From Treponema sp. (GTDB lineage: Bacteria > Spirochaetota > Spirochaetia > Treponematales > Treponemataceae), in NCBI GenBank assembly GCA_017962965.1, contig JAGCUI010000057.1, forward strand, positions 451 through 64,450: a DNA stretch of 64,000 nt, in the 5' to 3' direction. Within the stretch, counting starts at the first letter, position 1; each line of letters opens with the position of its first letter. Both the position numbers and the translations under genes were made by a program. The notes beneath the pieces are model-generated. The model was not told where the DNA came from and searched no databases. It saw only the letters and a list, made by a program, of their open reading frames with translations. This document shows, piece by piece, positions 1 to 9,219 of the stretch.

Positions 1-421
1 CAGTTGAAGAATTTTCCGAAAGCTTTAATTTGCCCTTTAATGTAAGCATCATCTTTCCAGCTGTCTTTTTACCAATACCCGGGATTGCTTCAAGCATTTC
101 AATATCACCGTTTTCCAAAACCTCTGTAAGGCGGCTTGTACTCACAGAAGACATGATTTTTACAGCTCCCTTAGGACCAACCCCGTCTACTTTTAAAAGA
201 TCTAAAAAAAGCGAGCGTTCTTCTGCACTTGCAAAACCGTAGAGGCACATGAGCATATCTGTGTGGCAAAGCCATGTATAGATTTTTGCTTCACTTCCAA
301 CAGGCGGAAGAAGATCAAGGTTACTGTCGGGAACACATAAATCCCATTCCACACCGTTATTATCCAAAAAAACCTGTTTGGGAAGCTTTGCAGTAATTAT
401 TCCAGTGATTGAATTAAACAT
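1..421 (-). CDS. ruvA: Holliday junction branch migration protein RuvA (3' end runs off window)
   Basis: Not in ORF track. Manual translation from ATG 421 gives MFNSITGIITAKLPKQVFLDNNGVEWDL...LYGFASAEERSLFLDLLKVDGVGPKGA...IPGIGKKTAGKM (OB fold plus two HhH motifs). Confidence 0.95.
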   Translation of the reverse strand, partial: MFNSITGIITAKLPKQVFLDNNGVEWDLCVPDSNLDLLPPVGSEAKIYTWLCHTDMLMCLYGFASAEERSLFLDLLKVDGVGPKGAVKIMSSVSTSRLTEVLENGDIEMLEAIPGIGKKTAGKMMLTLKGKLKLSENSST

Positions 422-427
422 ATCTTA

Positions 428-456
428 ATTATAAAGTTAAAACTCCAAAGTGAAAA
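428..456 (-). promoter_or_regulatory. Putative sigma70 promoter for ruvA (leaderless geometry)
   Basis: TTTTCA-N17-TATAAT, then 6 nt, then ATG; no Shine-Dalgarno. Confidence 0.5.
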
Positions 457-1554
457 CTATTTAAAAGCCTTTTTTACAGCCTCTTTTAAATTTTCTTTTG
501 CATGGCTCAAAGCGTATTCAAGCTCCTGCCCCTTACTTATTTCAAAAACCTTTACATTAGAAGGTAAACTTATGTTTTCTTTTACACGTCCTGCAAAAAT
601 ATAAACAGGTTTTCCCATACTTTTTTTGATGATTCCGCCAATGGCTTTTCCCATTAAGCTTTGTGCATCAAGTGAGCCTTCGCCAGTTACGATTATATCA
701 GAATCTTCTGCACGTTCACTAAACTTACAGATTTCTAAAACTGAATCAATTCCGCTTTTAAGCTTTCCCATTAAACCTGCAAGAACTGCAAAACCAAGAC
801 CGCCTGCAGCCCCAGCACCTTCGCACAAAGAAAAATCCTGGTCTCTCATGCCTTTAAACATCTGTGCCACATGCATACAGCCTTCTTCTAAAACCTGTAC
901 CATTTTTTCATCAGCACCCTTTTGAGGCGCAAATATTTTTGAACAGCCCTGCTCTCCGCACAAAGGATTTTTTACATCGCACATTGCTTCAAAGCTTGCC
1001 CCGATTAAACGAGGATACATCATGCTTAAATCAAAATCCTTTATATTGCTCAAAGTTCCGCCGGTTGGTACAAAGGCAACTCCATCCTTATCATAAAAGC
1101 AGGCACCCAAAGCAGCTAAAAGTCCCATACCGCAGTCGTTTGTAGAGCTTCCGCCCAAAGTTAAAATTATTTTTTTTGCACCCATGTCTACGGCATAGCC
1201 AATCATCTGCCCCACACCATAAGTACTGGTTATAAGAGGATTTTCTCTTCCCTTGATTAAAGGAAGTCCGTTTGAAAGAGCACTCTCTATAATTGCTGTT
1301 CTTCCGCCGTCTATAAAAGCAACAGGAACTTCAACTTCTTCGTATAAAGAATTCTGGACAACACAATAACTTATTTTACAATCGATGGCATTTTTGATGC
1401 ATTCCAAAGTTCCTTCCCCGCCGTCTGCAATGGGTAAAGAACTAACGTCCGTCTCAGGCTGAACTTCTTTTAAAGCCGAAGTAAATACATCACAAAAATC
1501 ACTTGCGCTAAGGCTTCCTTTAAACGAGTCTGGGGCTACTAAAACTTTTTTCAT
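457..1554 (-). CDS. glxK: Glycerate kinase (GlxK/GarK family)
   Basis: VAPDSFKGSL, PIADGGEGT, LGGSSTND, GAGAAGGLG, TGEGSLDAQSLMGK motifs. Confidence 0.93.
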   Translation of the reverse strand: MKKVLVAPDSFKGSLSASDFCDVFTSALKEVQPETDVSSLPIADGGEGTLECIKNAIDCKISYCVVQNSLYEEVEVPVAFIDGGRTAIIESALSNGLPLIKGRENPLITSTYGVGQMIGYAVDMGAKKIILTLGGSSTNDCGMGLLAALGACFYDKDGVAFVPTGGTLSNIKDFDLSMMYPRLIGASFEAMCDVKNPLCGEQGCSKIFAPQKGADEKMVQVLEEGCMHVAQMFKGMRDQDFSLCEGAGAAGGLGFAVLAGLMGKLKSGIDSVLEICKFSERAEDSDIIVTGEGSLDAQSLMGKAIGGIIKKSMGKPVYIFAGRVKENISLPSNVKVFEISKGQELEYALSHAKENLKEAVKKAFK

Positions 1555-1560
1555 AAAACC

Positions 1561-2328
1561 TTACCAGAAGAAAAAGATACTCATTGCAATTAAAACCTGA
1601 CCTATGTAATAAAGAGAAAGATTTAATACACGAAGAGGAAAAATTGTTTTTGAACCAAAGGTATTAAAAATAAGGATTACATCACTTACCATAAAAAGAA
1701 ATGCACCCAAAGCAAAAATCACATAAGGATTTGTAAAGAACACCTTGTAAGTAAGAATGCTTGTTACGGCATTTCCAATAGCAATAGAAGTCATAATCAC
1801 AACGCTTCCAACATAAATAATTCCAAAAATTTTAAATGCTAACGAAACTGTAAATTTATTAAGGACAATTACAAGGATAACTGCTGCAACAACAATTCCG
1901 ATTATTGTACACAAAAGAAGTGATTTTGATTCTGGGATGATTGCAATAAGATATAAAATATGTCCTGCTAAAAATACTGCAATCCCTGCCAGAAAGATTT
2001 TCTTTCCTGCGTTTTTAAGAACAAAGCGAAGATTCAAAAGAATATCACCTAAAGCACCAGCCATTAAACCTGCAATAATCAGCTTAGCCGCTTTAAATTC
2101 ACTTGCATCCACACGAGCAGATTTTCTGTAAAACAGAGTTGAATAAGCCACAAAACCAATGATACAAAAAACAACAGATGCAAGACCTTTTAAAACATCA
2201 GCCAAAACCATTTTGCCCTTATGCTCAACTGTAATAAAAGAAGCCTGTAAAATACACCCAACAGGAATTAAACACAAAGCAAGAGTTACATAATCTTTGA
2301 TTAAATCATATCTTGATAAAAAATTCAT
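1561..2328 (-). CDS. YhhN-like lysoplasmalogenase family membrane protein
   Basis: Multi-TM protein with K..S, GDILL, FLAGHILY, FMVSD and YYIGQ motifs typical of YhhN/TMEM86. Confidence 0.8.
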   Translation of the reverse strand: MNFLSRYDLIKDYVTLALCLIPVGCILQASFITVEHKGKMVLADVLKGLASVVFCIIGFVAYSTLFYRKSARVDASEFKAAKLIIAGLMAGALGDILLNLRFVLKNAGKKIFLAGIAVFLAGHILYLIAIIPESKSLLLCTIIGIVVAAVILVIVLNKFTVSLAFKIFGIIYVGSVVIMTSIAIGNAVTSILTYKVFFTNPYVIFALGAFLFMVSDVILIFNTFGSKTIFPLRVLNLSLYYIGQVLIAMSIFFFW

Positions 2329-2410
2329 TTTTCACCTCTCTTATTCATTATAGCATAAGAAAGGTTTAATCGCATCCGTGTTTTTTAATATCCTGCCGGC
2401 ATGTATTCTT

Positions 2411-4705
2411 TTATTTCTCTCTGATGATTAAAGCGGCCTGAACCAGATTTCTTAAAGAAGCTTCTGTTTCAACAGTTCCCCTTGTTTTTAATCCGCAGTC
2501 CGGATTTATCCAAAGCTTTTCTACCTGAATAAACTTTTTCATTTTTTCTACTGCATTTACAATTTCTTCTACAGGTGGAACGCGTGGTGAATGGATATCG
2601 TAAACACCAGGCCCTACTTCTGTTCTAAAATTATTATCCTTGAGTGCCTGTAAAATCTCTAAGTTCGAGCGGCTTGCTTCAAAAGAAATTACATCGGCAT
2701 CCATGTTATCAATATCCTTGATGATTGGAATAAATTCCGAATAGCACATGTGAGTGTGAATCTGTGTTTCTGCCCTGCAGCCTGAATGAACAAGATTAAA
2801 TGCCTTAATTGCCCAATCCAAATACTCTGAATGCCAGTCTTCTTTTCTTAAAGGAAGCTTTTCTTTTAATGCAGCTTCGTCTATCTGGATGATTCTGATT
2901 CCATTTGCTTCAAGATCCAGAACTTCATCACGGATTGCAAGAGCTATCTGCATTGCACTTTCTTTAAGAGTGATATCCTCGCGAGGGAACGACCAGTTCA
3001 AAATTGTAACAGGACCTGTGAGCATTCCTTTTACAGGCTTTTTGCTGTTTTTGTCTGCTGCATCCTGGGCAAATCTGGACCATTCTACAGTGATTGCATT
3101 TTTACGGCATACATCACCCCAGATTACAGGTGGCTTTACACAGCGTGTTCCATAAGACTGAACCCATGCATTCTGAGTAAAAATATAGCCTTCAAGATTT
3201 TCGCCAAAGTATTCAACCATGTCGTTTCTTTCGTATTCACCGTGAACTAAAACATCAAGCCCAATCTCTTCCTGAAAACGAATACATTTTTCAATCATCT
3301 TTTTATTAAAGGCCTTGTATTCTTCTGCACTGATATTTCCTTTTTTGAATGCCGCACGATTTGCACGAACTTCCTGTGTCTGCGGGAAAGAACCGATTGT
3401 AGTTGTAGGAAACAATGGAAGATTCAATGCTTTTTTCTGAACAGCTTCTCTTTGGGCAAACAAAGGCTTACGGATAAAATCCTCTTTTGTAAGAGCGTTT
3501 ATTCTGTTCTGTACATCCTTATTTTTCTGAATACGTTCCTTTGCAAAAAGCTCGCGGTTCTTTTTATAGCATTCGCTGTTTCCGCCTTTAAAATTTTCTG
3601 CATCCGAAAGTTCTTTTAATTCTGTAAGCTTTTCTTCTGCAAATGCAAAATGCTCTAAGATTTCTGAGCCAAGCTTTTCTTCGTTCTTTGTTGTATACGG
3701 AACGTGAAGAAGCGAACATGAAGTAGAGATTACAATTTCTCCCTGCCATGCTTCCTTGATTTTATTTAATAAAGCGTTTGTTTTTTCATAATCATTTTTC
3801 CAGATATTTTTTCCGCACAAAACACCTGCAAATAAAACTTTATTTTTTGTAAGATTCTGATCTTTATTTTTTAAGCTTTGAATAAGATTTAAAGTTTCCT
3901 TTCCTTCTACAAAATCAAGACCGTATGCATCAAAATCAAAACCCAAAAGCTCATCAAAATAATCACGCACATCGCCAAAATATGTCTGAAGAAGAACCTT
4001 GATTTTTTTATCTGCAAGGATGGCGTCTTTATAAAGAGTCTGGAAAAGTTTTTTATCATCAGCACTCATATCTAAAACTAAAGCCGGTTCATCAAGCTCA
4101 ATCCATTCTGCACCATAAGACGCACACTGAGAAAGCAAAAGCTTATAAGCATTAATAATATCTTTTGTAAAATCTACAGCCTGCTTTGTTCCTTTAAAAT
4201 GACTGAGCTTTAAAAAAGTATAAGGGCCCGGCACGCAGATTTTTGTCTTTACACCGCTATTAAGAGCCTGACTAAATTCTTCTTTAATTTTTGAATCGTC
4301 CAGGCTGATAATTACACTGTCGTCAAATTCCGGAACAATATAGTGATAATTTGTATTAAACCATTTTTTCATAGGGAGCGCTGTAACATCGGCACTGTTT
4401 TTCTGATACCCTCTTGCCATGGCAAAATATGTATCCAATGAACTAAGACATAAATCCTTGTATCTTTTTGGAATTACTCCAAGCATAAAACAAAGGTCGA
4501 GCATGTTATCGTAAAAAGAAAAATCATTTGAGCTTATAAAATCAATTCCTGCGTCCTTTTGTTTTTTCCAGTTACTACGACGAATATCACTTGCAGTCTG
4601 ATTAAGCTCTTCTAAAGAAATTGTCCCTGCAAAATATTTTTCACTTGCAAATTTTAATTCTCTTTTTGCTCCGATTCTTGGAAATCCTATTACCGATGTT
4701 TTCAT
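2411..4705 (-). CDS. metE: Cobalamin-independent methionine synthase
   Basis: GFPRIG, MKKWFNTNYHY, TTTIGSFPQT, HGEYERNDMV, HTHMCYS, WINPDCGLKTR. Confidence 0.98.
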   Translation of the reverse strand: MKTSVIGFPRIGAKRELKFASEKYFAGTISLEELNQTASDIRRSNWKKQKDAGIDFISSNDFSFYDNMLDLCFMLGVIPKRYKDLCLSSLDTYFAMARGYQKNSADVTALPMKKWFNTNYHYIVPEFDDSVIISLDDSKIKEEFSQALNSGVKTKICVPGPYTFLKLSHFKGTKQAVDFTKDIINAYKLLLSQCASYGAEWIELDEPALVLDMSADDKKLFQTLYKDAILADKKIKVLLQTYFGDVRDYFDELLGFDFDAYGLDFVEGKETLNLIQSLKNKDQNLTKNKVLFAGVLCGKNIWKNDYEKTNALLNKIKEAWQGEIVISTSCSLLHVPYTTKNEEKLGSEILEHFAFAEEKLTELKELSDAENFKGGNSECYKKNRELFAKERIQKNKDVQNRINALTKEDFIRKPLFAQREAVQKKALNLPLFPTTTIGSFPQTQEVRANRAAFKKGNISAEEYKAFNKKMIEKCIRFQEEIGLDVLVHGEYERNDMVEYFGENLEGYIFTQNAWVQSYGTRCVKPPVIWGDVCRKNAITVEWSRFAQDAADKNSKKPVKGMLTGPVTILNWSFPREDITLKESAMQIALAIRDEVLDLEANGIRIIQIDEAALKEKLPLRKEDWHSEYLDWAIKAFNLVHSGCRAETQIHTHMCYSEFIPIIKDIDNMDADVISFEASRSNLEILQALKDNNFRTEVGPGVYDIHSPRVPPVEEIVNAVEKMKKFIQVEKLWINPDCGLKTRGTVETEASLRNLVQAALIIREK

Positions 4706-4797
4706 ATTTTTTCTCCTTATGAGTTTTTTTTTATTTACCTACAAAGATGATAGCAAAATCTTAATATATAATCAAAATCTTTATTTTTATCTATTGT

Positions 4798-4814
4798 CAT
4801 AACTTTTGGTTATA
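4798..4814. promoter_or_regulatory. Putative LysR operator between divergent metE and lysR
   Basis: CATAACTTTTGGTTATA is an ATAAC-N5-GTTAT inverted repeat containing T-N11-A; it loosely resembles the streptococcal MtaR/MetR box. Confidence 0.6.
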
Positions 4815-4873
4815 GGTAAAATGATGATGAAACTTTTATTTATCATACGTGCAGAGAATTTTAAGGAGATTTT

Positions 4874-5779
4874 ATGACCTTACAGCAGCTTAAATACGTA
4901 TTAAAAATTGTAGAATACAGAAGCATTTCTCAGGCAGCCAAAAATATTTACATTTCACAGCCTGCCCTTTCCAACTCAGTAAACGATCTTGAAAAAGAAC
5001 TTGGAATAGAAATCTTTTCAAGAAACACAAAGGGCATTTCTTTAACACCAGAGGGAGCTGAATTTCTTTCGTATGCAAGACAGGTTGTAGAACAGTCAGA
5101 CCTTCTGGAAAAACGCTATATTAATAAAGAACCCCTGCGCCAGATTTGTTCAGTCTCTACCCAGCACTACGCTTTTGCAGTAAACGCCTTTGTAAATCTT
5201 GTAAAAAAAACCGGTGCCAGAGAATATGATTTTACACTGCGGGAAACAAGAACCTACGAAATTATAGAAGATGTAAGAAACTTAAAAAGCGAGGTGGGAG
5301 TTTTATACATAAATGATTTTAATAAAAAAGTAATAGAAAAAATCCTTAAAGAAAATCATTTAAAATTTACGCCTGTTTTTACTGCAAGCCCCCACGTTTT
5401 TATAAGTAAGAATAATCCGCTCAGCAAAAAGAAATTTGTTACACTAAAAGATTTAGAAGAATATCCATTTTTATGCTTTGAGCAGGGAGACTATAATTCA
5501 TTTTATTTTTCCGAAGAAATTTTAAGTACAATTTCAAGAAAAAAAGTAATTCATGTTTCGGACCGAGGAACTCTTTTTAATCTTTTAATCGGTTTGAATG
5601 GATACACACTCTGCTCGGGAATTATTACAAGCGACTTAAACGACACACAGATTCTTTCTCTGCCTTTAAAAACAGATTCCAATGAGGATATGACTGTAGG
5701 CTATATTACAAACGAACAGACAAATCTTTCTCATTATGCAAAACTTTATATAGAAGAATTATCTAAGTTTAAGATTTAA
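4874..5779 (+). CDS. LysR-family regulator (MtaR/CpsY-like, probable methionine regulator)
   Basis: HTH MTLQQLKY...SISQAAKNIYISQPALS; QHYAFAVNAF and RETRTYEII segments; divergent from metE. Confidence 0.9.
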   Translation: MTLQQLKYVLKIVEYRSISQAAKNIYISQPALSNSVNDLEKELGIEIFSRNTKGISLTPEGAEFLSYARQVVEQSDLLEKRYINKEPLRQICSVSTQHYAFAVNAFVNLVKKTGAREYDFTLRETRTYEIIEDVRNLKSEVGVLYINDFNKKVIEKILKENHLKFTPVFTASPHVFISKNNPLSKKKFVTLKDLEEYPFLCFEQGDYNSFYFSEEILSTISRKKVIHVSDRGTLFNLLIGLNGYTLCSGIITSDLNDTQILSLPLKTDSNEDMTVGYITNEQTNLSHYAKLYIEELSKFKI

Positions 5780-6331
5780 TCCTGATTCAGAATAATGAAT
5801 ATGAGTGATTGCTCCGGCTAATGCATCGGCAGCGTGATCCGGTTTTGGAACTTCCTTTAAGCCAAGCAAAAGCTTTACATATTCCTGAACAATTTCTTTT
5901 GTAGCGTTTGTATTTCCGCTAACGGCTTTTTTAATTTGATTTGGAGTGTATTCACCAAGCTCGATACAATGCTGAGCCAGACACAAGGTTACTACCCCGC
6001 GTGCCTCACTTACACTCATTGCAGAGCTTGCGTTTTTTGCAAAATACAGAGTTTCCATTCCGGCCTTAGTCGGTTTAAATTCATCTATTACTGCTACCAG
6101 TCTGTTGTAAATTGTTAAAAGCCGCTGGGAATGAGAATCCTCTGCCTTTGTTGTGATGCATCCGTAGCTTACCATGCGGTATCTTCCATTACAAAAATCG
6201 ATAACGCCAAAGCCTGTATTTGCAAGCCCAGGGTCTATTCCAAGCACGCGCACAGTCTGATTTTTTTTCACATCGCTGTTTAATGTTTGAGACCCCGGTA
6301 AAGTTTGAAAAGACGCATCAGTATTAAGCAT
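5759..6331 (-). CDS. ruvC: Crossover junction endodeoxyribonuclease RuvC
   Basis: LGIDPGLANTGFGVI, ARGV, EYTPNQIKKAVSG, PDHAADALA. Start moved to ATG 6331 because the ORF-track start lies inside a hairpin. 3' end overlaps lysR by 21 bp. Confidence 0.95.
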   Translation of the reverse strand: MLNTDASFQTLPGSQTLNSDVKKNQTVRVLGIDPGLANTGFGVIDFCNGRYRMVSYGCITTKAEDSHSQRLLTIYNRLVAVIDEFKPTKAGMETLYFAKNASSAMSVSEARGVVTLCLAQHCIELGEYTPNQIKKAVSGNTNATKEIVQEYVKLLLGLKEVPKPDHAADALAGAITHIHYSESGLNLKLR

Positions 6332-6344
6332 TATTCTTCTTTTT

Positions 6345-6382
6345 AAAAAAATAAACTCGTCCATATTATTATGAACGAGTTT
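6345..6382 (-). terminator. Intrinsic terminator-like hairpin between yebC and ruvC
   Basis: Minus strand AAACTCGTTCAT-aataat-ATGGACGAGTTT followed by ATTTTTTT. Confidence 0.65.
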
Positions 6383-6402
6383 TTGAATAATGAAAAGTCT
6401 TA

Positions 6403-6530
6403 ATAAAGGTAAAAGCTAAAAAATCGCTCCAAGTCTTCGCTATTTTTTTTAACGCTTTTGCTATTAAATTAGGTAACTTCTAAAAAAATGCTCCAAGTTT
6501 TCGCATTTTTTTTTAACGAAGTTGCTATTA
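6403..6530 (-). repeat. Two tandem 64-bp structured repeat units immediately after the yebC stop
   Basis: Units TAATAGC[AACTTC/AAAAGC]GTT-A-run-T(A)GC-GAARACTTGGA-GC(G)A-T-run-A[GAAGTT/GCTTTT]ACCT; the outer stem covaries between copies. Confidence 0.85.
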
Positions 6531-7274
6531 TTACTCCTCAGGTTCGAAATCGTCTGGATATTCAGCTGTGTGGTATACGTTCTGAACATCGTCGTTGTCT
6601 TCGAGACGGTCGATAAGGCGCTGAACTTTAGCAGCTGTATCTTTGTCTACAGGAGTGTAAGCATCCGGAACCATTCCTACATCAGCAGAAAGTGTTTCGA
6701 TTCCATTTTCCTGTAAAGCTTCTGCAACAGTTGTGAATGCATCTGGAGTTGTTGTTACAGTGATGATTCCGTCTTCGTTTACGATATCATCTGCACCAGC
6801 TTCCAAAGCAATTTCCATTACAGTATCTTCTGAAGCTTTTTCAGCATCAATTTCGATTGTACCTTTTCTCTGGAACATACGTGATACAGAACCAGATGTA
6901 CCAAGGTTTCCACCGTTCTTTGCAAAGATATTCTTTACATCAGCAGCAGCACGGTTCTTATTATCAGAAAGAACTTCAACCATTACTGCTACACCGCCAG
7001 GAGCATATCCTTCGTACAAGTATTCTTCGTATGCTGCTCCACCGTCTTCACCAGTACCCTTTTTGATAGCACGTTCGATGTTATCTTTAGGCATGTTAGC
7101 AGCACGAGCTTTGATGATTACAGTTCTAAGACGTGGGTTTGAGTTAGGATCTCCACCACCCATACGTGCAGCGATAGAAATTTCCTTAATAAATTTTGTA
7201 AAAATCTTACCACGTTTTGCATCGGCCAAACCCTTTGCATGTTTAATGGTGGCCCATTTACTATGTCCTGACAT
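6531..7274 (-). CDS. yebC: YebC/PmpR family protein
   Basis: MSGHSKWATIKHAKG, NMPKDNIERAI, YEGYAPGGVA, LEDNDDVQNVY. Confidence 0.97.
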   Translation of the reverse strand: MSGHSKWATIKHAKGLADAKRGKIFTKFIKEISIAARMGGGDPNSNPRLRTVIIKARAANMPKDNIERAIKKGTGEDGGAAYEEYLYEGYAPGGVAVMVEVLSDNKNRAAADVKNIFAKNGGNLGTSGSVSRMFQRKGTIEIDAEKASEDTVMEIALEAGADDIVNEDGIITVTTTPDAFTTVAEALQENGIETLSADVGMVPDAYTPVDKDTAAKVQRLIDRLEDNDDVQNVYHTAEYPDDFEPEE

Positions 7275-7359
7275 TAGGAACTCCTTATTTAATTAAATTA
7301 CTAGATTAATAGTAATAATTTATCATAAAGAAGAAAAAGTATCAATTAGCAGTAAAAAA

Positions 7360-9033
7360 TTACCACAAACTTGAAGTACTACCGTTTCCAAAATAGATAC
7401 CGGCAGAGATTTTCCAGAAATTCATCTGGCTTTCATCTGATGCGAATTGAGGGAAGTTGAACAATACGTAGTCAGCTCCTACCGCAATACCCATTGAATC
7501 AGATACATTAGCAACTATTGTAGCACCAATCAAAGTTGTTGTTCTAAAGAAAGAAGAATCAAAGGAATTGATATAAGAATTACTCTTACCGAAACAAAGA
7601 TCGATTGCTATAGATGGCTCAACAATTATAGGACCAAAGTTGAATGGAAGAAGGAATTTATATCCAAATCCGAATAATGAATCATAATCTGGAACATCGT
7701 TTCTATAGAAAATACGGAAATTGAATTTTTCCATTCCCATAAATCCATTGATGTAAACACCTTTCTTTTCGCTAAATGAATAACCTACATCCAAACCTAC
7801 ACTATAAGGATTGTAAATTAAGTTCTGAGTTCCATTTGAAGCACCAAGAGCACCGTTAGCGATTACATTATCAAAGTCCTTGATAACCCATGAACCGTTT
7901 TCATTGAACCAGATTGCATCAAAAGTTTTTTCACCAATTGTGAAAGTTACCTTGTAACCGTTTTCAACTTTTTCTGCTTCTGACATCTGGTATTCAAGAA
8001 GATTGTTGCTCTTTCTGAACTTATAGTAGATGTAATATGCAAGAGCGTATTTTACACCTTCGATAGGGTCATTTGCAAAAGTAACAAGAATTGCATCGTA
8101 TGATTTACCCTTAGCTGTTTTAAGGATATTCATGAATACTGTACCCTTTAAGTTAGCAGTCATATCATTTGAAATGTATCTTGACATATTAGAGAACAAT
8201 TCTTCTTCGTTTTTGATTGAAGCATTAAACTTTTCGAGTTTCTGAGCAAGTGTGATTGAATTTCCTTTTGAAGAAATAATTTTATCTACACTTGTTTTTA
8301 CAACTCCACCTGGAATTGCAAAGTTAGTATTTTCTCTTGAAATAGCTTTCCAGGTATTAACACCAACTACAGAATATCCTGCCTTATAATTCGAATCAGA
8401 AACTAAAAGAGGTCCTCCTGAATTACCCCCGTCTACCTGTCCTGAATGCTGAATTAAAGTAGAAATTGAAGGATCAATCAATTCCTTAATACGTGCAGAT
8501 GAGTTAGTTACAGATCCCTTTCCGAGCTGCCATACAGGATTTTCTCCCAAGCCTGGGAATCCTGCTGTATATACTTCATCACCATCTTGTACTTTCTTTG
8601 TTCTGAACGATAATCCGCGGCCTTTAAAAGAAGACGGCAATTCAATAACTGCAATGTCAAGATCATCGTCTACACCGAGTATCTTTAATTTTTCATACTC
8701 AGTATAAGTACCATCATCTTTTTCAAACTGTACAGTTGCAGTTTCTGCAGAAGAGATTACATGTCTGTTGGTGATAACGTAGAATTTTCCATTTGAAGCT
8801 GCATAAACAAACCCAGAACCAAATGTTCCTTTAAGATATTCATCGATGTATTTACCGAATGAATTATATCCGTGAGAAACCATTGTGTTCTTGTATGATG
8901 TAAGAAATTCTTTATTCTTTTCAGAAAAGTTAGATCTTACGATACATACATAATCTCTCATCCCCGAAGCATAAGCTCCCCAACTAACCAAACCAATAAT
9001 AAATAAACTTAATAAGAATTTAAATCTTTTCAT
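7360..9033 (-). CDS. Exported trypsin-like serine protease with C-terminal predicted beta-strand-rich domain
   Basis: Signal peptide; catalytic triad motifs TNRHV, DIAVI, GNSGGPL; no PDZ recognised; C-terminal ~150 aa with alternating hydrophobic/aromatic residues. Confidence 0.8.
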   Translation of the reverse strand: MKRFKFLLSLFIIGLVSWGAYASGMRDYVCIVRSNFSEKNKEFLTSYKNTMVSHGYNSFGKYIDEYLKGTFGSGFVYAASNGKFYVITNRHVISSAETATVQFEKDDGTYTEYEKLKILGVDDDLDIAVIELPSSFKGRGLSFRTKKVQDGDEVYTAGFPGLGENPVWQLGKGSVTNSSARIKELIDPSISTLIQHSGQVDGGNSGGPLLVSDSNYKAGYSVVGVNTWKAISRENTNFAIPGGVVKTSVDKIISSKGNSITLAQKLEKFNASIKNEEELFSNMSRYISNDMTANLKGTVFMNILKTAKGKSYDAILVTFANDPIEGVKYALAYYIYYKFRKSNNLLEYQMSEAEKVENGYKVTFTIGEKTFDAIWFNENGSWVIKDFDNVIANGALGASNGTQNLIYNPYSVGLDVGYSFSEKKGVYINGFMGMEKFNFRIFYRNDVPDYDSLFGFGYKFLLPFNFGPIIVEPSIAIDLCFGKSNSYINSFDSSFFRTTTLIGATIVANVSDSMGIAVGADYVLFNFPQFASDESQMNFWKISAGIYFGNGSTSSLW

Positions 9034-9219
9034 AATACTTCTATTCTAAATTAATAAAGGCGTACTGTCTAGTTTTTTATGTGCATTTCAGAAAATTCTC
9101 TTAATAAAAACAACTTCTAATTTTTCCCCAAAATTTCCCCATTTTTATAGAAAATAATGCATTTTACAATTTTGGAATCTGCTATTATACTAAAGAATAT
9201 TACTTTTGGAGGCCCCGTT

